Source of the DNA: Octopus sinensis
Taxonomy: Eukaryota
DNA: 64,000 nt
Assembly: GCF_006345805.1 (NCBI RefSeq)
Contig: NC_043015.1
Location: forward strand, 3,100,001-3,164,000
Reading direction: 5' to 3'
Of the stretch, positions 13,276 to 25,931 are shown piece after piece. Numbering within the stretch: the stretch's first letter is position 1; every line of letters begins with the position of its first letter. The notes under the pieces were generated by a model. It was not told the origin of the DNA and did no database searches. It saw nothing but the letters and a program-made list of their open reading frames with translations. The position numbers and the translations under genes were made by a program.

Positions 13276-13470
13276 CACCCCCAACATCGCCAGACAACCG
13301 ATGGGTAACTAAGTTACGTCTCCATAACTTAGCAATTCGAGAAAAATGTCCGATAAAATATGTACTAGGCTTACATAGAATAAGTCCTTGCGTCGACGTG
13401 CTCAATTGAAAAATCGGCGATCCAGGACGGTTGCAGTCATATGACTGAAACAAATAACAGAAAAAATTAA
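13112..13470 (+). mobile_element. SINE family B, decayed and 5'-clipped
   Basis: cttgggcaggtgtc..aaagaagcccatc, then (CA)/(TA), then cccccaacatcgc..gacaaccgatg..gaataagtcct..gcagtcatatgactgaaaca. Confidence 0.8.
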
Positions 13471-13490
13471 AGAATATATACATACAAGCA

Positions 13491-13580
<90 letters not shown>

Positions 13581-13585
13581 CATAC

Positions 13586-14665
13586 TTTGTTTTGGGGCGG
13601 CAACCACTGCTGTTCATAATTGCCCTCTCAGACATGCCCCCAGCCACGCAGAGAGCCACGATCACAAGTTATGCAGATGATACAAAACGTTCACAGGCAA
13701 TACAGAACCCTGAAGACACTAAGCCCCTGCAATGTAAGCTGGACAAAATATACAAGTGGGCTGAAAAGAATAGCATGCAGTTCAATGCTGAAAAGTTTCA
13801 AGCTTTATGCTATCAGCATGCAAAACTAAATGCAATACCCAATAAATACACTGGACCTGGAGGGATTGCAATCCCAGAGGCACAATCACTGCGAGACCTG
13901 GGAATCTACATGAGTCATGATGCAGACTTTCATGTGCTTGTTGCTAAATTGGCAATGAAATGTAGGCGGCTGACCGGATGGATTCTTAGAACCTTTAGAA
14001 CAACAGACCAGGAAACAATGAATGGTCCTCTGGAGGACACTTGTCCTGAGCCACTTTGACTATTGCTCTCAGCTATGGTCACTGTCCAGTGTCAAGTTAA
14101 TCACAGATCTTGAGGTGATCCAACGAAGCTACACAAAGGTGGCCTCTGTGCAGCATATCAGCTACTGGGAAAGACTCGGGAGATTGAGGCTCTGTTCCTT
14201 AGAGCGTAGGCGAGAAAGATATGCCATGATATACACCTGGAAGATCCTAGAAGGACTTGTCCCAAAGTTTGGCATCGAGAGTTACACAAATGCTAGAAGT
14301 GTGCGCCACTGCATAGTGCCAAGGACTCCAGGTTGCCGTCAAGATGTAGGACAAGATAATGTGATAGTCTGGGCTTCCGAGGCCCACAGCTCTTCAATAT
14401 CCTCCCGAAGAACCTGAGATACCTGCATGGGGTGGATGCAGATGTCTTTAAAATAAAACTGGATCTCTTCCTGTCAGGTGTCCCAGATGAACCAACTTCA
14501 CTGCAGGAGGTGCAGATGAGGGCAGCTGCATTGAACTCTCTCGTGCCCGAAATGGCTATTGCTAAAAAGCATTCGTGAAGTAAAATCAGGTAGCAACACC
14601 AAATGGCGGTGCCCCGGCATGGCCACAGGTCGTGAGCTGAAACTAGATAAATAAAATAAAATAAA
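13586..14665 (+). mobile_element. CR1-type LINE, 5'-truncated; RT C-terminal region with frameshifts, plus 3' tail
   Basis: PLLFIIALSDM..SYADDTK..LDKIYKWAEKNSMQFNAEKF (RT YADD); DYCSQLWS..YWERL..L.SLERRRERY. Tail ggcggtgccccggcatggcc..ctgaaactag followed by (TAAAA)n. Confidence 0.92.
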
Positions 14666-15050
14666 ATATATTATATATACTCACACTACTCCACGTAGTG
14701 TGAGTATGAAAAGTTGCTGTTTTAAACCTACCCAAACCACCATTCTCCGGTATTTCCCATTGATAACGTTTAAAATATTGGAAATGCCTCGTCTTGTTAA
14801 TCCGTCAGAAGTGTAATTGGGTAGATAAACAGATTTTACAAGTTTTACTATAAGAAGAATTGTTTCGCCATGGTAACTGCAGTTCATTTGACTTCAGTCA
14901 AATATATATTAGTCACATTTAAAGAGAAATATATTTCTCCTTTGTGGTGAAACATTTCAAACTATTGTTTATATTGGCGATATATAAATATTATATATGA
15001 CCTCACACTCACGCACACACACAAACTTAAGCACGCGTATACATATATTT

Positions 15051-15490
15051 AGAGTTAGATGATGAGTGTATTAAGTATGAATTTTCTCTCGAAAATGCCT
15101 TGTAATATTTAATATAACTACTACAACATATTTGAAATAATTGTACAGAGGAAACGTTTACCTCCGCAAGTAAGTTTATTATCAATATATCTGTGGATTA
15201 CTAGTATTCCTATATGTGATTTAGAAGACATAATATTTGGAAAGTTATTATATATAAACTCCAGCTTAGTAGAGTTAGATGATGAGTGTATTAAGTATGA
15301 ATTTTCTCTCGAAAATGCCTCGTAATATTTAAAATAACTACTACAACATATTTGAAATAATTGTACAGAGGAAACGTTTACCTCCGCAAGTAAGTTTATT
15401 ATCAATATATCTGTGGATTACTAGTATTCCTATATGTGATTTAGAAGACATAATATTTGGAAAGTTATTATATATAAACTCCAGCTTAGT
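15051..15490. repeat. Tandem duplication, 2 x 220 bp
   Basis: 15051-15270 and 15271-15490 both run agagttagatgatgag...ccagcttagt; two substitutions seen by eye. Confidence 0.95.
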
Positions 15491-15512
15491 AACAAATAAC
15501 AATTGAAAGGCA

Positions 15513-15549
<37 letters not shown>

Positions 15550-16171
15550 AGACAAGGCTTACGTATTCAAATGTTCGAAACACCTGTTGCGTTAGATGTA
15601 TTGTTTACAGAATGTTGTTTCGCCGACAGAAACAGTAATACGAACCATTGTTTGGTGGGTTCACTGACTATTATAGTTTAATCTACATATTGTAATTGAT
15701 GGGATTCACAGTGTTAGAGAAGTAGTTATTTAAAGAAAAGTTGAACGTTCTCACCGTTTGTTTTAAATAATTACCTTCAGCGTATTGGATACAAGATAAT
15801 ATCTTATTCACAATGGTTTCTGAAAGATGTCAATAGTGATTTGAGTTACATCCCCAAGGAAGTGCAATAATTGTGCAGTGCAAGTTTCAAGTAAAATGAT
15901 TATATCTTTACATCAGAAATGCTGAATCGCTAAAGGCACGATAAATTTTTTAATGTCAAGAAGATGAATTCATTGAAATGCATTGGTTGTTAAATTTGAT
16001 AATCAGTTCCTAACGTTTTGAAACGGCCTGTATACGTTATATTATTTTAGTCATATAATGGCATTACTTGTTCTCGCTTTCTCTCTTTATACCCACCAGT
16101 TTCTGTATATGTATGTATACACTGTACATAGAAACGCCGACCCAGAGACATAGAGAGACATATATATATAT

Positions 16172-16220
<49 letters not shown>

Positions 16221-16223
16221 CAA

Positions 16224-17123
16224 GAATGAATGTTTTTATATATAATGAACGTGAAATACAGGAAGGGACGAACACGGAACACAGACAAATCATTCGAAGC
16301 CTTCAATCTTCAGTCAGACACCGAATCATCATAGCAAATTTCGGCTGTTCAATTCTGATATTTGCTCCAACTCGGCCAGCCCCAAGAAAAAAAACTAAGC
16401 TGTAAGCATTAGATTCTTGGTAGAAGACAGGAATGTGAACGCACACAGACGGATGTGAATACAAGAGACGAAAACGAAATGAAAACAGTAATGAATAAAC
16501 AAAATATATATAACGGTGGTTGTCATACAACTTTAGACCAAATGAGATAAAAACAACAACAACAACATAGCTGGCGTAGAAATAATTACCGTTTCGGTAG
16601 CGGGGACACTGTTGGTCGAGATACGAAGGCCAACAGAATGGTTTAAGAAGCAGCAGGTCGCAGGAGAGAGAGAAAGAGAGACAGAGAGAGAGGGAATCAA
16701 AGAGGGTGGAAGGCAGGGGACAGAATCAGTGACCAAGAGAAAAGGAGAAAGAAGGGATTAAGGAGGATGGGGAAGAGGGAGGAGGATGGGAGGAAGAGAG
16801 GGGAAGAATCGGAGGGCGCCAAAAAGTTTGGTGAAGAAGCAATGGCGGGTAGGAAAGACAGTGTGTATAGAAGTCGTGCAGGGTTTAAACTTGGACAAAC
16901 AAACGGGGGGGGGGCACGTAACGCCACAATAATATAGGAATGAATGTTTTTATATATAATGAACGTGAAATACAGGAAGGGACGAACACGGAACACAGAC
17001 AAATCATTCGAAGCCTTCAATCTTCAGTCAGACACCGAATCATCATAGCAAATTTCGGCTGTTCAATTCTGATATTTGCTCCAACTCGGCCAGCCCCAAG
17101 AAAAAAAACTAAGCTGTAAGCAT
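16224..17123. mobile_element. About 900-bp unit bounded by two identical 186-bp direct repeats around a purine-rich spacer; Penelope-like pseudo-LTR structure or TRIM-like element
   Basis: 16224-16409 equals 16938-17123 (gaatgaatg...gctgtaagcat) with no mismatch seen. Spacer is GA-rich on +. No TG..CA ends, no PBS seen, no coding motif. Confidence 0.6.
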
Positions 17124-17269
17124 GGTTGAGTCCATAAAATAAGATGTGACTACACATCAATGTAGAGCACAGTTTAAGCTATATTTTCGTGGATGAAGGT
17201 TTGTGTTACTGTAACCTGTGTTTTTTTCTGTAATTCTTTAATATAGAAGATAATAAAGTTCGTTTTCGG

Positions 17270-17613
17270 TACTTGATGCTTTGGGAACCAGACAAATATT
17301 GCTGCTGCTCGGCTGGGATGTGAAACCCAAACCTCCATATTCACCAGATATTTCTCCTTCGGATTTCCACTTATTCAGGTCTCTGCAGAATAGTCTTAAT
17401 GGCAAAAAATTCAATTCCTTGGATGACGTAAAAATATACCTTGACATGAAACCACACCAATTCTGGGAAGAGTGTATTTCCAAGTTAACGAAAAGGTGGA
17501 GAGGCATTGTGCAACAAAATGGTTCATATATGGTTGTTTAAATGTCTAATGGCAATTATTTATTGACTTTTTCCTTTCCATTACAAATCGACACGAACTT
17601 TCCGGACAATATA
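17270..17613 (+). mobile_element. Mariner (Mos1/Hsmar-like) transposase C-terminal relic plus right TIR
   Basis: GWDVKPKPPYSPDISPSDFHLFRSLQNSLNGKKFNSLDDVK..KLTKRW..QQNGSY. TIR-like cacgaactttccggacaa-TA at about 17590-17613. Confidence 0.9.
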
Positions 17614-17758
17614 TACATATGCTACACGTATTTATCCCTTCGTCCAGCATTTAAATATATAGTAAATGCTTTTTATTTACCCGTTGAATGATATATTTTC
17701 TAACATAAAAAATTCAGAAAGACAATTATATTATGTGAATGAAATTTATGATTTAAAA

Positions 17759-17970
17759 GCGACGGGTTGGCAGAATTGTCAGCACGCTTAATGTCATTTC
17801 GTCCGTTATCACGTTCTAAATTCACATTTCGACGAGTTTGTGTTTGCTTTTAATATTTTCGGTGTCGATAAAATAAGTACTACTTACGTTTTGGAGGTCA
17901 ACGCAATCGACATAATCCGTTCCCTAATTCGCTGGCCGTGTACCAAAATGTGAAAACAATATTTATCGTT
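17759..17970 (+). mobile_element. SINE family A, heavily decayed
   Basis: gcgacgggttggcagaattg..agcac; ttcggtgtcgataaaataagtac. Confidence 0.65.
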
Positions 17971-19669
17971 TATACATTTCTGTAAATGTTAAGATTCTTC
18001 TTTAAAGAGATTTAATATCACTACTTTATTAATAGCACTAGCGTAACATCACTTGTTTATTAATTGATTGTTCACTTACACCTTAATGTTTTTTTCTTTC
18101 TACTAATGACTTACTCATTTACACATATAGACATTTGAGTTATAACAGCTCTCCCCGTAATTTTCTTTCTCTATATTCAACGCAGATAATAATATCTACG
18201 ATATTATTTATGATGTTTGTCAAATACTAGATGTATATTCAAATATGTTTGACGTGTTTAATACGTGTAGATAACTTCATTTAATCTGTTCAAATAATGT
18301 ATATTTTATCAAACATATGTATATAAATGGTATATATATATGTACACAGACACACATACACAAACACACACACACACACACGCCGACACTTAAACACACA
18401 CACAAGCACAGACATATATATGTATGTATGTTTGCATATTTCGTTGTGAAATATACCGTATCGAAATATTTACGTTATCCGTTAATAATGCAATCATTCT
18501 TAAGCCTTATTGTTACTGTTCATTCATTAATGATAACTTGGGTTTGATCTGCATGTTGTTGGTCTGGGTTGATATATGTTGTTGTTTGTTGAGGTGTTTG
18601 TAATGCGAGTGGTGTTTCTAGTGTTCAATATATTTGTATTTACGTTTATGAAATAAAACCCAGTTGATGATTTTATATACCAAATTTATAATTATATAAT
18701 TATATTAATGGCACCAGGAAAAACCTTGTCCAACATTCTAAGTATAGACGTCAACTGGTGCTAAAGAAGCATTATATAACTGCGGCACAGGTTGTAAGCG
18801 TGCAAATAGGAAATCATTGATAAAACTTAGCATAAAATGTCTTCAATATTAAATTATCTATGTCTGAGGGAATATCTCTATCTGTGTTTTCTTAATATGC
18901 ACTAATTACTTTTAGAAAACCACAGGCGCATCTCTTCGGATATGTTTTTGATTTGTAATGGTATAGATTTTCTTTCCGTCGGATGTTCGACTAATATATG
19001 TGCGAACGGAGAAGTTGCTTCCGAGTGATACTTTTGTAACGCACGTACTCACTCAATCTCTGGCTATCTCACAGCACACACACACACACACACACAAACG
19101 CACATACGCACATACAGAGGAAAACGCATACCCATGTGCGTGTCTCTTTACGTTTGTAAGTTTGTATATTTTTAAGCATTTGTTTATACGACTTTATGTA
19201 GGCGTTCGCATATACTTGTGTACACCACATTTGGTTGCCCTACACCGCCGAAAAAATGATTTTTCTTTGTTTACCTTCCTATAAATTCATAGTCCTGCAA
19301 TCGAGACGATATAATAAGAGTCACACACAAATTTTGCTTCGAGTAAACATCAAAGAGTACGTATTTTGTCTTCGACAACAAAAACCAAGCGATTTGTAAA
19401 TATCATATTACCAGTGTTTGTGATCTTTCAGCTTAAGTCGTATCTTTAATGAAAAATATAAAAACCAAATATCGCCGATGTACTGTAATTTAAATATATT
19501 TGATTACAATGTGACTAATATCACGAAACTTACGTATCTTTTCAGCTGTCAATTTTGAGAATTTCATACCGATATTTATCTCAACATATGGAAATCTTCT
19601 CACAAGAACGTTTTCACATAATTTTAACACAGCACGTATGACATATTTTCTACATCATATATATATATT

Positions 19670-19705
<36 letters not shown>

Positions 19706-19744
19706 AATGTGTGTGTGTGTAAACATAAATATGCACATACACAT

Positions 19745-19776
<32 letters not shown>

Positions 19777-19887
19777 GTGTATATTTATGTATATGTATAT
19801 ACATATATGTGTGTATATGTATGTGTGTGTAATTATATAGTTAAATACGCTCTCACAAATATAAAGACACACACATACATATATACC

Positions 19888-20000
19888 TGCTGTGTGGTAA
19901 GAATCGGGCTTTGCAAACACATGGTTCCGGGCTCAGTCCCACTGTGTGGCATATTTGCGAAGTGTCTTCAACTATAGCCTCGACAGTTCAAATTCTTGTG
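19888..20000 (+). mobile_element. SINE family B head fragment
   Basis: gctgtgtggtaag..cacatggttccgggctcagtcccactg.gtggca..aagtgtcttc.actatagcctcg. Confidence 0.8.
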
Positions 20001-20058
20001 TGTCGTTGTTGCAGACAACAACTGAAGGAAGCCCTCCTTGTATATATATATACATATA

Positions 20059-20193
<135 letters not shown>

Positions 20194-20817
20194 ATAATTC
20201 TAAATCTCTATAGAATCTTGTGTGTAACTAAAATATGTGAGGAATAGCATATTTAAATTTCATTATTTGTTTGCATATTTATTTGTACGGTAGAGCAGTA
20301 CAAATAATATTTTGCGTTGTGATAGCGGGTAGGGTATTAGTACTTTTTGATTTTCGTAATTATTGAACGTCTATACGTTTCGTGGTCACTATTCGGTGGT
20401 GTATTTACGATCTCGTATATTTTGTTAGTGTATTATTTGGAAAAGTCACTAGATATATTCATTCAACAGTGATAGTTTTAGCTTATCGCACTAAACATAG
20501 TGCCACATGTTATTAAAGAACAGGCGTATCATTAACGTTTTCTAAACATAATCATGTGATCATTCTCTGCCAATCAATTCCTATCAGAAACAGACATTAA
20601 ATTGTACCACCATACACTCTGCAAACCCAAGAGAATCTAGGCAGATGCAAGTAAGGCTGTGGCATAGCTCTATGTCTAATCTCAGTCATTGAAAATCAAA
20701 GTTATCTGTGGAACCGGTTGCATTTGTGAAAATATAAATCTAAAAAGTCTCAACGAATCTCAGTACATATTCAAAATTCCGCTTCTTATATTTCTACCCG
20801 TGGTAAATAAAATATCG

Positions 20818-20888
<71 letters not shown>

Positions 20889-20952
20889 TATGTACGTATG
20901 TATGTATATGTATATGTATATGTACATACACACACACACCAACATATATATT

Positions 20953-20994
<42 letters not shown>

Positions 20995-20999
20995 AATAT

Positions 21000-21053
<54 letters not shown>

Positions 21054-21389
21054 GCCAAATAATACACACCAACGGACGTATACACCCGTCATGTGAGGAA
21101 AGACAAAGTCTAGAATTGCAAATAATAATTCAAGCAGCATTTGCATCAGGAAGAAAATGTTATGACGCACAGGTTCGAAGTTGCTGCTTTATCTTTAATC
21201 TGCCCCAAAGTGTTAAAGTTCCTGCCATTATCTATGCTGAGAATATTGAGTGTAATTACTTGTTCGCGTAATTGCTCATGAATACCTTTCAGCAATAGTG
21301 AATAGTAATCGTGTGTATACTGTTTTCCTGTATGTATATATATATAGATATATGTATGTGTGTGTGGTGTGTGTGTGTGTCTGTGTGTG

Positions 21390-21431
<42 letters not shown>

Positions 21432-21477
21432 ATATATGTACACATATATGTATATATGTATATATATATATTATATA

Positions 21478-21508
<31 letters not shown>

Positions 21509-22049
21509 CATACATCTATATATGTATACGACTATATGTATTTATCTATATATACATATATGCATATACGCTTCCAGAATATGTTGATAAACTCTATTTT
21601 CCGTTGTTTGTATATTTGTTCTCTTATACTTTCTATGTTTTTGCAAATCTTGAGCAATTAGTGAGGTGAAAAAAGAGAAAAGAGCAAAACTATAATTATC
21701 CAGAGATAAAAAACGACTAACTGTTGATGAAATGCACATGAAGTTAGAAGTTCAGAGAAAATTCTGATCGTGTCATAGATATTAATGTTATAAACCAAGA
21801 TTTGAAACATAGGAACCCTGCGAAAGGGTATTACAGAAAATGACGTTATTTGCAATGCGAAATATTTCTTTCTCTGCATTACACAATTCATGTACGTTTT
21901 AATATCTGATTAGAAAAATGTTATTGTTGTCTTCCTGATATTTAGCCATCATTCATTATCATAAACATTCCAGAGAAATCCCCTTATATTGTGATAAAGT
22001 GGAAATTAAAAAATACATCTGATGCTCCGTCGGTTAAGAAAATGGTATT

Positions 22050-22320
22050 TGCACTGTTTACGATCAATAGAACAGCCTGATTGTGAAATGAACGTGTAAA
22101 CCACTGAGCATTTCATGGACACGCGTATCTCTCAGTGGTATTCAGGAAACAGAGAATGTGACAACTTTCGTCCATTGGAATACTCCTTTATTCCAGCTAT
22201 GTGAGGTGCAGCAAAGTGAAAGAAGGTGTCCTCTTAAAAAACACGCTTGCAATAGATCGCATGACCTCCCGATCATGAGCTGGATACTCTGACCCGTAAG
22301 CAACACAGTTTACTCAAGTG
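22050..22320 (-). mobile_element. Decayed SINE (D-type tail)
   Basis: gatcaatagaacagcctg..gtgaaatgaacgtg.aa..cactgagca is the reverse complement of the tail at about 4410-4480. Confidence 0.55.
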
Positions 22321-23249
22321 GAATAGTAAAGTCCTATCTTTACGGATCGTAAGCTTTTCTCTTAGACGATACAAAATGATGATATACGTTTAATTGATAC
22401 TGTAATTTCCTGCTCTTAAATTCTTGAACCACTGTCGACACTGGCTTCCGCTTATTGTCCAGTCGCCATACATTGCATTAATATTCCTGGCACTTTCCGT
22501 TATATGGTTTCATTTATTGAACTAGTAATGCAAAATATGTCGAATATGCTCCTTTGTCACTTCTATTATAGCTTTGAGAACATAACTGTTAAAATCGAAC
22601 TACACACTTCACATTGATGCAGGTAGTTTATCCCGCCCCCTCCGTATTTTAATTCATGCAACTGAAAATAATACCCTTATTTATGGGATGTGCTAATATG
22701 TAAACATCCTGGGAGATATAGATTGCATTTTACATTATTTGAAGTTAAAATTTATTTGAAGATAATCTGTCATGCCACCTATCTTTTTTTCTTGTAATTG
22801 ACCGTTGGGATGTTTCTAATTTCACGATGATTTGTTAATGTTGTTGATATCTCTTGACTGGAACTTTCTGACAATCTAGGAGCTCATTATGCAGGCCACG
22901 CCGATATTGCTATTTATTTGCGTTGCCCAACCTATGTTCTTCTCTACAATTACTCCCAAATCTCTCATGTTGTTCGATACCACCAGAGTGTCACCCGAAG
23001 AAAGGGAGTAAACGAGTTTCAGGGCAACTCATTTTCCAAATGGTTCAACTCACATATGTCCCCGTCCAGCAGCCTAATGAACGTACGCATATACGGGAAA
23101 CTATTATTAGCGTGATAATCCCATGAAATTGAAACGTTTAGTAATATATATACTGTGTGCCCATCAGTGTATGTCTTACACACAATAGTTTTTTCTCAAG
23201 TGTCGATGAAACTAAACCGAATTGCAATCTTAGGAATGAAAAACTGAGG

Positions 23250-24073
23250 AAGGTTTATGGTCAGTTTTCAAGACTTCTGTGGGACCGAAAACTTCTTAAT
23301 AAAATGTCTCTTAAATTGTGAAGCAATGCCTTTGGAAAATTTACATTTTAAGTATAGCCAATGCATCGATGAAGACGAACCCGACCGAAGAGTGTGGTTT
23401 AGCATGTTGTATATGACAATATTCACACTTCCCAGCAAAATTCTTTGGAGTGATGAAGATACATTTCAATTCAAGTTTAGATTATCCGCCACGTATTACG
23501 AAAGAAACGTACGGAAATTTATCATCAGTGTATCATAAAATGCTTTAATTAGATCGTTTATTTCCTATTGTCCAATGCCTTATCTCATAGACTATAACTT
23601 GCTGCGACAATCAGTCCTGTTAAGTATTCAAAGGAACTTTGAAGACGTGTGGTTATATTGTTTGTAATTTAGGACAATATCATTCCATTGTAAAAGCCTA
23701 TTCTGATTAGAAGTTGCCAAAATCTAGATTGGCGACTGAGGCCCAGTAGAAGTAACCTCGAGATAATTGGAACTCACTCAACTAGATAATTCTATTGTGA
23801 ACAATGAAAGATAATTTCAGCGGTACAAATGAGACAAAAGCAATCGACGATATCAACCCGAATGCGCAAAAAATGTAACAGGAAATGTTCTATGAAATTC
23901 CTGATTCCCGTGACTCGCATTATCCGCAGTTGCCAAAGTATAACAGTAATTAATTTGAGATTATGTATTCGTATTGTGTTCGTAGCATTTATTTAGTTTT
24001 GAAAATGAATTGTATTTTATAAAACTGACTTGATAAGCGTTCAAGTGTGTATATAATTATAGGACACCCTGTA
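23250..24073 (+). mobile_element. Highly decayed Tc1/mariner-superfamily relic with probable right TIR
   Basis: ORF 23257-23538 has DEDEPDRRVWF..KILWSDEDTF (cf. DxDRRxxF..IxWSDEAxF). TIR-like aattataggacaccctgTA at about 24055-24073. Confidence 0.55.
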
Positions 24074-25708
24074 TACTTCTGTATATATGACGATGTACGA
24101 TTGTGTGCGTCTATCTTAGAATGTATATGTATTCGTGTCTCCGTGTGTGCGAGCCAATTAATACAGAAATACATACACATAGCAGAGGGTGATACACCGT
24201 GGTACGATTCTGACTTCTCTTATCCTTTATTGTATACAACTTGAAATATTTACATTATTAATGTTTGTCTCGTTTTAGATAATCTAGTAATTGAAAACAT
24301 GAAATATCATTTTTAATTAAATCGAGAGATCATAAATGTCACTGAAGTATTAATATATTGGTGTGTTAAATACAAGAAAGGATAATGAGTCATACAATAC
24401 CTCTTTACGAAATAATTTACGGCGAAATTAATGTAGCTATAGAAGCTGTAGTGAAAATGATGATGGTTATACTGACGACAATAACAGCAGTAGCAAGAAC
24501 AATGATAATAACAATAACAATAATAATATTAATAATAATGAGGATAAATATAATAATAATAAACATAGTTGTATTAATAGTAATATTAGCAATAATTTTT
24601 AATTTACAAATTTCCATGCTTACTAGCAAAAATTAGTAGATCAGTATATAGAACGAGAGATATTATTTAAAAAAAAAACAGTTCCAAGAAGGGCATTAAG
24701 AACAGCTAAAAATTAAAATGAAGTATTTTATTATCACTCTAAACGCTAGATTTTGAGCCATTTTTGCCAAAGCTACAAACACAATTTAAGGGCTTCTTCT
24801 TTCATTGTAAACGTGAATGTATTTAGCCATCATTGTATACCTCCCCCACATTTTTGTAATGCATAGACTCACACATGACAGCATTGCTACGATACTGGGA
24901 TTATTAAACATGGGGATTCGTAGATATACCTACGGAAATATTATAATTATACTGAGATCTTTGATTCCACATACGGAAAATAATGCAAGCGAGTGCCCAC
25001 ATTCATAACTGGAGTCCAGAAAGATTCAGAGGAAATTCATATATATATTTGATTTATATTTGTCGGTTTAAGGGCAGAGTGAAATCAATTAATTTTGCTC
25101 TAGACGCAAGCTTATTAGTTTCACCTCAGAATTCACTGGGGTTTACCATAGAACAGTAAGTCTCAACATTAAATAAAAAAGATTTGTATGTGCTCAAATA
25201 TTCCACACACAAACACGCGCGTAAATATACGTATGTTATCATACATATATTGTATATAAATATACACATTTTTGCACACTGACACACATATAAATATAGT
25301 TATCTCTGTATCTATCTATCTATAGAGTCATCAAATCCACTTCAGATTGCAGCCGGCCGGTGAACAAGAATGCCTCATATATTGTGCATACATATTCGAT
25401 TATATATACACATAAACACGTACATGTACACACACATACACGAACACACGCATATATACATATAACTATATACAGACATACATATATATACACATCCCTT
25501 TGCATACAGACACATCCACCCACATATATATGTATATATATATATAGCTAATTATTCGATTAGAAATTAAGTTAATCTCATGAAAGTTACGGCTCAATAT
25601 TGATTCAGTACCTTTCACATATTAGGCGTGTATGTGTATATATGTATACATATATATAAATATTATATATATATAATATATATATTATATATATATAATA
25701 TATATATA

Positions 25709-25758
<50 letters not shown>

Positions 25759-25854
25759 CGTATGTATTTTTAGTTTTTATTCATATAAAAAAAATAAAGT
25801 AACTGGGATTCGGAAGTTAATAATTGCCTATTACTAAAATTAATTAAGCATATA

Positions 25855-25931
25855 CCTCTTACAGCTGTTTCGGTGTAAATATTAATTAGCCATTAAATTC
25901 ATATGACCTAAGTGTAATATCTTCAGAAAGG
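25855..25931 (-). ncRNA. Type I hammerhead-ribozyme-like motif (Penelope type); core intact, stem II poorly formed
   Basis: Reverse complement: ccttt-CTGAAGA-(48 nt)-GAAA-C-agct-G-TA-agagg. Stem I ccttt/agagg (one G.U), 2-bp stem III with palindromic AGCT loop, GUA triplet. Confidence 0.45.

Noticed and set aside
16290-16345. CTGAAGA on the minus strand of the 186-bp repeat as a hammerhead core
   Set aside because: It is followed by GAAT rather than GAAA and stems I-III cannot be built.
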